A stretch of DNA of 64,000 bases, from contig JAVJOG010000008.1 in NCBI GenBank assembly GCA_040216885.1, forward strand, positions 64,361 to 128,360, written 5' to 3'. Numbering within the stretch: position 1 is the first letter of the stretch; the number at the start of each line of letters is the position of its first letter. This document shows, piece by piece, positions 55,973 to 64,000 of the stretch. The notes under the pieces were generated by a model. It ran no database searches, had not been told where the DNA came from, and was given only the letters and a program-made list of their open reading frames with translations. Source of the stretch: Parvibaculum sp. (lineage in GTDB: Bacteria > Pseudomonadota > Alphaproteobacteria > Parvibaculales > Parvibaculaceae). The position numbers and the translations under genes are program-made.

Positions 55973-57778
55973 TTGGCCCCGCCGCTTCTTGCCCTTCGCG
56001 ACATTCGCGTCGCCTTCGCCGATCAGGTGTTGATTTCGGGCGCGAGCTTTGCGCTCGCGGCCGGCGACAGGCTGTGCCTTGTCGGACGGAACGGTTCGGG
56101 AAAGTCGACACTGCTGCGGATCGCGGCCGGCCTTGCCGAACCCGATGGCGGCGAGATCTTCCGCCAGCCCGGCACGCGCATCGCCTATCTCGAACAGGCC
56201 CCGGACTTCGGCGGCGCCGCGACCGTGCTCGATTACGCGACGGCGGGCGGCGCCGAGACCCACAAGGCGCAAGCCGCGCTCGACGAACTAAAACTTTCGC
56301 CGCGCGCCAACCCGGCAACGCTTTCGGGCGGCGAGGGACGCAAGGCGGCGCTTGCCCGCGTACTCGCCGAGGAGCCGGACATTCTGCTGCTCGACGAACC
56401 GACCAACCATCTCGATCTGCCGTCGATCGAATGGCTCGAGGAGACGCTATCGCAGTTTCGCGGCGCCTTCGTTCTCATCAGCCACGACCGCGCCTTTCTG
56501 CGCCGGTTGACCGCCGGTTGCCTGTGGCTCGACCGCGGCGCAATCCGCCGTCTCGACAAGGGCTTTTCGGCCTTCGACCAATGGTCGGAGCAAATTCTCG
56601 CCGAGGAAGAAACCGTCGCACACAAGCTCGACCGGCTGATCGAGCAGGAGACGCAATGGTCGCGCGAAGGCATTTCGGCGCGGCGCACCCGCAACCAGGG
56701 GCGGCTGCGGCGGTTGCACGCGATGCGCGCCGACCGCGCGCGGCGCGTCGGCCAGACGGGCCGTGTCGAGCTTGTCGCCGAAAGCGGCGCGGTATCGGGA
56801 TCGCTTGTCGTCGAGGCGAAAGGCATATCGAAGAGCTGGCCGCAACCGGACGGCAGCGCGCGCGTTGCCGTGCATGATTTCTCGACGCGCATCATGCGCG
56901 GCGACAAGGTCGGGCTGATCGGCCCCAATGGTGCGGGCAAGACGACGCTACTGAAAATACTGACCGGCGCACTCGCACCCGACAGCGGCACGATACGCCT
57001 GGGCACCAACCTGACGCCCGTCTATGTCGACCAGACGCGCGCCCTGCTCGATCCCGAGGCAACGCTCTGGCAAACCTTGTGCGAAGGCGGCGGCGACCAG
57101 GTGATGGTGCGCGGGAAGCCGCGTCATGTCGTCTCCTATCTCAAGGATTTTCTCTTCCGCGAAACGCAGGCCCGCCAGCCCGTCAAGGCACTGTCCGGCG
57201 GCGAGCAATGCCGGCTGCTGCTGGCGCGCGCGCTGGCGAAGCCGTCGAACCTGCTCGTGCTCGACGAACCGACCAACGATCTCGACATGGAAACACTCGA
57301 CCTGTTGCAGGAAATGCTGACCGACTACGACGGCACCGTTCTGCTGGTCAGCCATGATCGCGACTTTCTCGACCGCGTCGTGACCTCCATCATCGCGCTC
57401 GACGGCGCAGGCAACGCCGTCGAGTATCCCGGCGGCTATTCGGACTACCTGACCCAATCGCGGCACGAACGCGGCGAGGCGGCACGTTCGGGCCGTGCAG
57501 CGGCCGCGTCCGCACGGCCGGAGCGCGCGCGGCCGGCGGCCAAGCTCGGCTACAAGGACCAGCGCGCGCTTGAGGAGCTGCGGGAAAAAATGCCGCGGCT
57601 CGCCACGGAAATCGCCGCGCTCGAAAAGAAGCTCGCGGATCCGGACCTTTACGCGCGCAGCCCCGACGATTTCCATAAGGCGACGGCGCGCCACGATGCG
57701 CTCCGGGCGGAGCTTGCCGCCGCCGAAGAGCTCTGGCTGGAACTTGAACTGAAGCGCGAGGCGCTTTCCGGCGTCTGA
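55973..57778 (+). CDS. ABC-F family ATPase (Uup-like)
   Basis: Two ABC domains (GRNGSGKST, GPNGAGKTT, LSGGE, LDEPTN), RRTRNQGRLR linker, C-terminal coiled coil ending W.ELE; TTG start inferred. Confidence 0.92.
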   Translation: MAPPLLALRDIRVAFADQVLISGASFALAAGDRLCLVGRNGSGKSTLLRIAAGLAEPDGGEIFRQPGTRIAYLEQAPDFGGAATVLDYATAGGAETHKAQAALDELKLSPRANPATLSGGEGRKAALARVLAEEPDILLLDEPTNHLDLPSIEWLEETLSQFRGAFVLISHDRAFLRRLTAGCLWLDRGAIRRLDKGFSAFDQWSEQILAEEETVAHKLDRLIEQETQWSREGISARRTRNQGRLRRLHAMRADRARRVGQTGRVELVAESGAVSGSLVVEAKGISKSWPQPDGSARVAVHDFSTRIMRGDKVGLIGPNGAGKTTLLKILTGALAPDSGTIRLGTNLTPVYVDQTRALLDPEATLWQTLCEGGGDQVMVRGKPRHVVSYLKDFLFRETQARQPVKALSGGEQCRLLLARALAKPSNLLVLDEPTNDLDMETLDLLQEMLTDYDGTVLLVSHDRDFLDRVVTSIIALDGAGNAVEYPGGYSDYLTQSRHERGEAARSGRAAAASARPERARPAAKLGYKDQRALEELREKMPRLATEIAALEKKLADPDLYARSPDDFHKATARHDALRAELAAAEELWLELELKREALSGV

Positions 57779-57918
57779 GAATTAACCACCCCCGCACAAT
57801 CCCTTTGACTGTTGAGACAACACAGTTTTGGATGTTGGACGTTGCGATTCGCGGGCGGGGGTGCGGCGAGGCGAAGCGTGGACCGGTTTCGGATCCAGGA
57901 GGATCCGGTGGGGGAATA

Positions 57919-58497
57919 TTGAAGCTCTTCCTGAAGCTTCTGGCATCTTTTGTCGTTGCGCTCGTTCTGGGCGTCGGATCGGCGCTGCTGCTTCTGCGCG
58001 GCGGCCTTGGCGGCACGATCGCTGTCGGCCCGTGGATGACCAGCGACGTCATCGGCTCCGCCGACGCCGATCCCTATACACGGGCCCGCGTCGCCATCGG
58101 CGGCCTGCTGGCTCTCAATCGCAGCGAGACGATCTACTTCACCGCCGCGACAGACAGCGACGGCGAAGCGCTGCGCATGCAATGCACCTACAAGATCATC
58201 GGCTCCGATCCGCCGGCGCGCTGGTGGAGCATCACGGCCTATGCCGCCGACCATTATCTGATTCCCAATCCGCAAGACCGCTATTCCTATGGCGGCAACA
58301 CGGTGGCGCGCGAGGATGACGGCAGTTTCGTCATTTCGGCCGGTCCGTCGGCCGGCGGCGGCAACTGGATACCGACCGGCGAGACCGACGGGACGTTCAC
58401 GCTGACACTTCGACTTTACAATCCGACCGAGGAAGCGGCGCGCGATCCGTCCGGGATCGTGCTGCCGCGCATCGCCAGGGAGGCGTGCGCACCATGA
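57919..58497 (+). CDS. DUF1214-like membrane-anchored protein
   Basis: ADPYTRARVA, YFTA.TDSDG..L, PPARWWSIT.Y, GNWIP, LTLRLY. Confidence 0.75.
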   Translation: MKLFLKLLASFVVALVLGVGSALLLLRGGLGGTIAVGPWMTSDVIGSADADPYTRARVAIGGLLALNRSETIYFTAATDSDGEALRMQCTYKIIGSDPPARWWSITAYAADHYLIPNPQDRYSYGGNTVAREDDGSFVISAGPSAGGGNWIPTGETDGTFTLTLRLYNPTEEAARDPSGIVLPRIAREACAP

Positions 58498-59015
58498 AGA
58501 CATGGCCCATGTGGATCGCCGGCACCATCGTGCTTGCCGCCGTCTTTCATATCCTGACGATATTCGCCCTGCCCTACGGCATCATGGACCGTGCCATGGC
58601 CGGCATTGCCGCGCAGGCCGGTGGCGTCAACAAGCCGGTCTATCCCGAGCCCGTGACGGCGGCGTCGCGCGGCATCGTCCGTCCCAGCCCCGATCTTCTC
58701 TACACCGCCTGCGCCTACGATGTCGGCGCGCGGCCGCTGCGCATTACGTCGCCGGTGCCCGAAACCTACTGGTCGCTGTCGATGTTTGCGTCCAACACCG
58801 ACAATTTCTTCGTCGTCAACGACCGGCAGGCCAATGCCGGTTCGATCGAAATCATCCTCGCGACAGACGAAACCGCGAATGGCGGCAACGGCGCGCCGCT
58901 CGTCGTGGCGCCGTCGAGCCGCGGCATCATCCTCTTTCGTTCGCTGATCGCCTCCGAGGAGGAGCGCGCCAGCATCGACGCCATGCGGCGGCAGTCCGGT
59001 TGCGAACCGCTCTGA
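58494..59015 (+). CDS. DUF1254-like membrane-anchored protein
   Basis: PDLLY..C.YDV..P, YWSLSMF..NFF.VNDR; ATGA overlap with the previous gene. Confidence 0.7.
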   Translation: MKTWPMWIAGTIVLAAVFHILTIFALPYGIMDRAMAGIAAQAGGVNKPVYPEPVTAASRGIVRPSPDLLYTACAYDVGARPLRITSPVPETYWSLSMFASNTDNFFVVNDRQANAGSIEIILATDETANGGNGAPLVVAPSSRGIILFRSLIASEEERASIDAMRRQSGCEPL

Positions 59016-59114
59016 CCCGGCTTCCGCACCCTTTCGTGCAGTAGCCCTGCGGGTTTCCCGCTGATACCATCGCCTCCGTTCTCGCGCGGCCGCGCGTTCC
59101 AGGGGGAGGCCTCA

Positions 59115-60161
59115 ATGAACCGGAATCTGATTTTGGGTGCCGTTGCGGCGGCGGTGGCAGTTGCCGTCGTCATCGTGCTGGCGGTCGGGCCCGGCGGCGG
59201 CCGGGACGCGAGCGGCCTCACCCGCGTCAGCTTCGCCACCGACTGGAAGGCCCAGGCCGAGCATGGCGGCTTCTATCAGGCGCTCGCCAACGGCTACTAC
59301 GCCGAAGCCGGGCTCGACGTCAAAATCGTGCAAGGAGGTCCCGGCATCAACGTGCCGCAACTGCTCGCCGCGCAGGCGGTCGATTTCGGCATCGGCTCCA
59401 ACAATTTCATTCCGCTCAACATCGTCGTGGCCGGCGCCGGTGCCCGGGCCGTGATGGCGACTTTCCAGAAAGACCCGCAGGTCTTCATCACGCATCCGCG
59501 CGAGGACGTGAAGTCGATTGCCGACATGAAAGGCAAGCCGATCATGGTGTCGGACGCGACCGTGAGTGCGTTCTGGCAATGGCTGAAGGCGAAATACGGT
59601 TTCGAGGACAGCCAGATCCGCAAATACACCTTCAACCTCGCGCCGTTCCTGACCGATCCGTCCGCCATCCAGCAGGGCTATCTCTCTTCCGAGCCCTACA
59701 TGATCCGCAAGGAAGCCGGCATCGAGCCGCAAGTGTTCCTGCTCTCGGACTATGGCTATCCGGGCTATGCGGCCGTCATTCTCGCCGCCGACCGTACGAT
59801 CGCCGAGCGGCCGGAAGCCGTCCAGGCTTTCGTCGATGCCAGCATTCGCGGCTGGGTCAGCTATCTCCATGGCGATCCCGCACCGGCCAATGCACTCATC
59901 AAGCGCGACAATCCGGAAATGACCGACGATGTGATCGCCAATGCGATTTCGATGATGAAGAAATACGGCATCGTCGAGGCCGGCGGCACGGCGACGCTCG
60001 GCATCGGCGCGATGACGGAGGCGCGCTGGAAGGACTTCTACCTGACGATGGTGACAGCCGGCGTCTATTCGGCGGGCCTCGACGTCCATAGCGCCTACAC
60101 GCTGGAGTTCGTCAACCAGGGCGCCGGGCTCGATCTCAAGAAGCAACTCACCGGCGAATAG
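59115..60161 (+). CDS. ABC transporter substrate-binding protein, NMT1/THI5-like
   Basis: TDWKAQAEHGGFYQA..GYY..GLDV.I..GGP, QKDPQ, QQGYLSSEP. Confidence 0.9.
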   Translation: MNRNLILGAVAAAVAVAVVIVLAVGPGGGRDASGLTRVSFATDWKAQAEHGGFYQALANGYYAEAGLDVKIVQGGPGINVPQLLAAQAVDFGIGSNNFIPLNIVVAGAGARAVMATFQKDPQVFITHPREDVKSIADMKGKPIMVSDATVSAFWQWLKAKYGFEDSQIRKYTFNLAPFLTDPSAIQQGYLSSEPYMIRKEAGIEPQVFLLSDYGYPGYAAVILAADRTIAERPEAVQAFVDASIRGWVSYLHGDPAPANALIKRDNPEMTDDVIANAISMMKKYGIVEAGGTATLGIGAMTEARWKDFYLTMVTAGVYSAGLDVHSAYTLEFVNQGAGLDLKKQLTGE

Positions 60162-60180
60162 GGAGCGGTCGCGCAAGCCC

Positions 60181-60960
60181 ATGACCTCAGCCGACGCGCC
60201 GACACGGCCTCCGCTGCTCACGCTGACCGGCGTCGCCAAGACCTATGACGGCGGCACGGTGGCGCTTTCGGGTGTCGACGCGGACATTCGCCGCGGCGAT
60301 TTCGTCTCGCTGGTCGGGCCTTCGGGTTGCGGCAAGAGCACGCTGCTGCGGATCGTCGCCGGACTGATCGCGCCGAGCGCGGGCGATGTTCGCTGGCACA
60401 CGGCCGACGGCGCGCGGCCTGCCGATATCGGCTTCGTTTTTCAGGATGCGACGCTGATGCCCTGGGCATCGGTTCTCGACAATGTGCACCTGCCGCTGAA
60501 ACTTCGCGGTGTTGCGCTCGAAAAGGCAAAGCCGCAATTGATGGATGCGCTGGCGCGAGTCGGCCTCGCCGATTTCTCAGGCGCATTCCCCCGCGAGCTT
60601 TCCGGCGGCATGAAGATGCGCGTGTCGCTGGCGCGCGCGCTGGTGACCGAGCCGCCGGTGCTGCTGATGGACGAGCCTTTCGCGGCGCTTGACGAGTTCA
60701 CGCGCGAGAAACTCGACGACGACCTGCTCGAGCTCTGGCGCCGCCAGCGCTGGACGGTGATTTTCGTCACGCACAGCATTTACGAATCCGTCTATCTGTC
60801 GGAACGTGTGCTGGTGATGGGTGCACGGCCGGGACGCGTCCTCGACGAGGTTGCGATCGGCGCGCCGCATCCGCGCGGGCCCGCTTTCCGCCGTTCGCAT
60901 GACTATGTCGATTACTGCGCGGCGGTCAGCGCCGCCTTGCGCGACGGGGTCTTGGCATGA
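60181..60960 (+). CDS. ABC transporter ATP-binding protein (TauB/SsuB-like)
   Basis: GPSGCGKST, LSGGMKMR, LLMDEPFAALD. Confidence 0.94.
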   Translation: MTSADAPTRPPLLTLTGVAKTYDGGTVALSGVDADIRRGDFVSLVGPSGCGKSTLLRIVAGLIAPSAGDVRWHTADGARPADIGFVFQDATLMPWASVLDNVHLPLKLRGVALEKAKPQLMDALARVGLADFSGAFPRELSGGMKMRVSLARALVTEPPVLLMDEPFAALDEFTREKLDDDLLELWRRQRWTVIFVTHSIYESVYLSERVLVMGARPGRVLDEVAIGAPHPRGPAFRRSHDYVDYCAAVSAALRDGVLA

Positions 60961-61763
60961 ACGGCGAGGACAGCGCCATGTCGCATCTCGCGCGCATCGT
61001 CGTGCCCATCGCCGTCGGCATCGCCTTTCTGGGAATCTGGGAAGCATGTGTACGGCTGGGCGACGTGCCACTCTTCGTGCTGCCGCCGCCGAGCGCGATC
61101 GGGGCAAGCCTTGTCGCCAATTTCGGTTCGCTGATGGGGTCGCTCTGGGTGACGTTGCGCGTGACGCTGATGGCCTTCGTGCTCGCTGCGGCCGGCGGCA
61201 TCGGCCTTGCCATTCTGTTTTCGCAAAGCCGCCGGATCGAGATGGCGCTTTTTCCCTACGCGGTCGTCCTGCAGGTGACGCCTGTCGTCGCCATCGCGCC
61301 ACTGATCCTGATCTGGGTCGGCTACGACCGTGTCGAACTCGCCGTGCTGATCCTTGCCTGGATGGTCGCCTTCTTTCCGATCCTCTCCAACACGACGCTC
61401 GGCCTGCGCTCGGCCGACCACAATCTGCGCGACCTCTTCCGGCTCTATGGCGCCAGCCGCTGGCAGGTGCTGAGCGAGCTGCAACTGCCCTCGGCGCTGC
61501 CCTACATTCTGGCGGGCATGAAAATTTCCGGCGGGCTGGCGCTGATCGGCGCCGTCGTCGCCGAATTCGTCGCCGGTTCGGGCACTGGCGCGGGGCTTGC
61601 CTGGCGCATCGTCGAGGCCGGCTACCGGCTCGACATCCCTCGCATGTTCGCCGCCCTCTTCCTGCTCTCGGTGCTCGGCATCTCGATTTTTTTCGGCCTC
61701 ACCTGGATCGAGCATCGCCTGCTCCGGCGCTGGCATGAGAGCGCGGTCCGCCGGGAGTTCTGA
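60957..61763 (+). CDS. ABC transporter permease (TauC/SsuC-like)
   Basis: LPPPSAI, QVTPVVAIAPL, L.LPSALP, GAVVAEF. Confidence 0.93.
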   Translation: MNGEDSAMSHLARIVVPIAVGIAFLGIWEACVRLGDVPLFVLPPPSAIGASLVANFGSLMGSLWVTLRVTLMAFVLAAAGGIGLAILFSQSRRIEMALFPYAVVLQVTPVVAIAPLILIWVGYDRVELAVLILAWMVAFFPILSNTTLGLRSADHNLRDLFRLYGASRWQVLSELQLPSALPYILAGMKISGGLALIGAVVAEFVAGSGTGAGLAWRIVEAGYRLDIPRMFAALFLLSVLGISIFFGLTWIEHRLLRRWHESAVRREF

Positions 61764-61979
61764 GGTGGGTTCAAAAAATGGCTGAATTCAGCCCTTTGTC
61801 CCAAATTAAACAATTTTATATGTGGATAATAATGTTCTACACTTCTATTGACGATCTTTAGCAAAAAACCCATGTTACCGGGTAGTTAGCAGCGGCCTTA
61901 CCTGCCTCGCCTCCCTTTCGCTCACTGTCCGGCGGCGGGCGGTGGAACGGCACGGATGAAAGCCCCAAGGAGCGTCAGC

Positions 61980-62315
61980 ATGGCCCAGCACAGCCGCAAG
62001 GGAGCGCAGTTTCAGGCGCTCACGGCCAACCGTCTCGCCGACGGCATCGTCGTCTATCTGACGGCGGATAATCGCTGGTCGGAATCCCTGCAGGACGCCG
62101 ATGTGACCGAGGGCAAGGAAGCCGGCGAAGCGTTGCTCGCGCGCGCGCAAGCCTCGGTCGACGGCAACATTGTCGTCGAGCCCTATCTTTTCGAAGTCGC
62201 GCGCGAGGACGACGGCATCCGCGCCGCCAGCGTGCGCGAGACGATCCGGCAGGCGGGTCCGACCGTGCGCCTCGATCTCGGCAAGCAGGCGGAACTGCCG
62301 GGCGTTCATCGCTGA
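61980..62315 (+). CDS. DUF2849 family protein
   Basis: LTANRLADG.VVYL, VVEPY, RE.IR..GPTVR; precedes sulfite reductase. Confidence 0.85.
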   Translation: MAQHSRKGAQFQALTANRLADGIVVYLTADNRWSESLQDADVTEGKEAGEALLARAQASVDGNIVVEPYLFEVAREDDGIRAASVRETIRQAGPTVRLDLGKQAELPGVHR

Positions 62316-62348
62316 GCGCACGAACCCGCGAGAGGCAAAGGTTTACAG

Positions 62349-64000
62349 ATGTACCGTTACGATGAATTCGACCAGCAGCTTGTCAACGAGCGCGTCACCC
62401 AGTTTCGCGGGCAGGTATCGCGCCGTCTTTCGGGCGAGCTGACGGAGGACGAGTTCAAGCCGCTCCGGCTGATGAACGGCGTCTATCTGCAGCTTCACGC
62501 CTACATGCTGCGGATCGCCATTCCCTACGGCACGCTGTCGTCGAAGCAGCTTCGCATGCTCGCCCATATCGGCCGCAAATACGACCGCGGCTACGGCCAT
62601 TTCACGACGCGCCAGAACCTGCAGTTCAACTGGCCGGCGCTCAAGGACACGCCGGACATCCTGCGCGATCTCGCGACCGTCGAGATGCATGCGATCCAGA
62701 CTTCGGGCAATTGCATTCGCAACGTGACGTCGGATCAGTATGCGGGGGCTGCGAAAGACGAGATCGAGGATCCGCGGATCGTTTCGGAAATCATTCGCCA
62801 GTGGTCGACTTTCCATCCGGAGTTCTCGTTCCTGCCGCGCAAGTTCAAGATCGCGGTTTCGGGCACGCCGGACGACCGCGCCGCGATCCGCGTGCACGAC
62901 ATCGGCATCCAGATCGTGCAGAACGGCAAGGGTGAAATCGGCTACGAGGTCTATGTCGGCGGCGGCCTCGGCCGTACACCGATGATCGGCAAGAAGATCG
63001 CCGACTTCGTGCCGAAGGAAGATTTGCTCGCTTATCTCGAAGCGGTCATGCGCGTCTACAACATGTATGGACGCCGCGACAATATCTACAAGGCGCGCAT
63101 CAAGATCCTGGTACACGAGATCGGCGCCGAGGAAATGAAGCGGCAGGTCGATGCCGAATTCGCCGAAATCCGCAAGACCGGCGCCCTGCACCTGCCGGCC
63201 GAGGAAGTCGCACGTATCCAGGCCTATTTTGCGCCGCCCGCTTACGAAACGCTGCCCGACGAAAGCACCGAGCTCAACAAGTCCGTTGTCGCCGACCGGG
63301 ATTTCGCCAACTGGATGAAGTCCAACGTCGCCGCGCACAAGGTGCCGGGTTATGCCATCGTCAACATCTCGCTGAAGCCCATCGGCGGCACGCCGGGCGA
63401 CTGCTCGTCGGACCAGATGGACGCGGTTGCCGACATCGCCGAGAAATACAGCTTCGACGAGTTGCGCGTCACGCATGAACAGAACCTGACGCTGGCCGAT
63501 GTGCGCAAGAAGGACCTGCCGGCCGTTCACGCGGCGCTGAAGGCGGCCGGTCTCGCGACCGCCAACATCAACCTGATCACCGACCAGATCGCCTGCCCCG
63601 GTCTCGACTATTGCGCGCTCGCCAATGCGCGCTCGATCCCGCTGGCGCAGCAGATTTCGGAGCGCTTCAGCGATCTCGACCGGCAGCACGACATCGGCGA
63701 ATTGAAGATCAACACGTCGGGCTGCATCAACGCCTGCGGCCACCACCATGTCGGCCATATCGGCATTCTGGGCGTCGACAAGAAGGGCGTCGAATACTAC
63801 CAGGTGACGCTGGGCGGCGCGGCCGACGAAAAGACCGCGATCGGCGACATCGTCGGTCCCGCCTTCACCGAAGAGCAGATCGTCGATGCGATCGAAACCA
63901 TCGTCACGACCTATCTTGGCCTGCGCCAGCCCGGCGAACGCTTCATCGACACCTATCGGCGCACCGGCATCGACCCGTTCAAGGAGAGCCTCTATGCAAC
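62349..64000 (+). CDS. cysI: Nitrite/sulfite reductase hemoprotein (runs off window)
   Basis: Manual translation MYRYDEFDQ..RLMNGVYLQLHAYMLR..GHFTTRQNLQFNW..TSGNCIRN..LPRKFKIA..ACPGLDYC..SGCINACGHHH (siroheme/4Fe-4S ligands). Confidence 0.9.
   Translation, partial: MYRYDEFDQQLVNERVTQFRGQVSRRLSGELTEDEFKPLRLMNGVYLQLHAYMLRIAIPYGTLSSKQLRMLAHIGRKYDRGYGHFTTRQNLQFNWPALKDTPDILRDLATVEMHAIQTSGNCIRNVTSDQYAGAAKDEIEDPRIVSEIIRQWSTFHPEFSFLPRKFKIAVSGTPDDRAAIRVHDIGIQIVQNGKGEIGYEVYVGGGLGRTPMIGKKIADFVPKEDLLAYLEAVMRVYNMYGRRDNIYKARIKILVHEIGAEEMKRQVDAEFAEIRKTGALHLPAEEVARIQAYFAPPAYETLPDESTELNKSVVADRDFANWMKSNVAAHKVPGYAIVNISLKPIGGTPGDCSSDQMDAVADIAEKYSFDELRVTHEQNLTLADVRKKDLPAVHAALKAAGLATANINLITDQIACPGLDYCALANARSIPLAQQISERFSDLDRQHDIGELKINTSGCINACGHHHVGHIGILGVDKKGVEYYQVTLGGAADEKTAIGDIVGPAFTEEQIVDAIETIVTTYLGLRQPGERFIDTYRRTGIDPFKESLYA

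Noticed and set aside
59016-59114. TPP riboswitch ahead of the NMT1/THI5-like transporter
   Set aside because: No GCTGAGA or CCTGAT core motifs
1-64000. CRISPR arrays, rRNA, tRNA, IS transposases
   Set aside because: None seen; the 16S-complementary motif at about 25740-25754 is only 15 nt and is not an rRNA gene

Overview
High-GC alphaproteobacterial chromosomal window; gene content and order look Hyphomicrobiales/Parvibaculum-like (inference). The left part carries a GcvT-like gene plus two COG1233 FAD oxidoreductases, then glnE, a two-component pair, degP and ccmHFEI, the last interrupted by a GH46-like/peptidoglycan-binding gene. Metabolic and signalling genes follow, with a cold-shock gene, a candidate sRNA/sORF and a feuNPQ-like two-component locus that has a repeated GTTCAT-N5-GTTCAG box. 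The centre (about 33.4-50.9 kb, minus strand) is an RcGTA-like gene transfer agent head-tail cluster with no integrase or replication genes. Its unusual features are (i) a terminal SleB-like hydrolase plus holin-like cassette behind its own promoter with a perfect alphaproteobacterial LexA box, (ii) a low-GC hicB/hicA-like plus membrane-protein insert between terL and portal, (iii) a long small-terminase candidate with an HTH-like N-terminus, (iv) an internal terminator and REP hairpins, and (v) an extra gene after the capsid gene. The right part has NUDIX, a Pit transporter with a triple Pho box, YcgN, PBP1A, ABC-F, DUF1214/DUF1254, an NMT1-type ABC transporter and the start of a sulfite reductase operon. 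All calls come from motif recognition by eye; no database searches were run.
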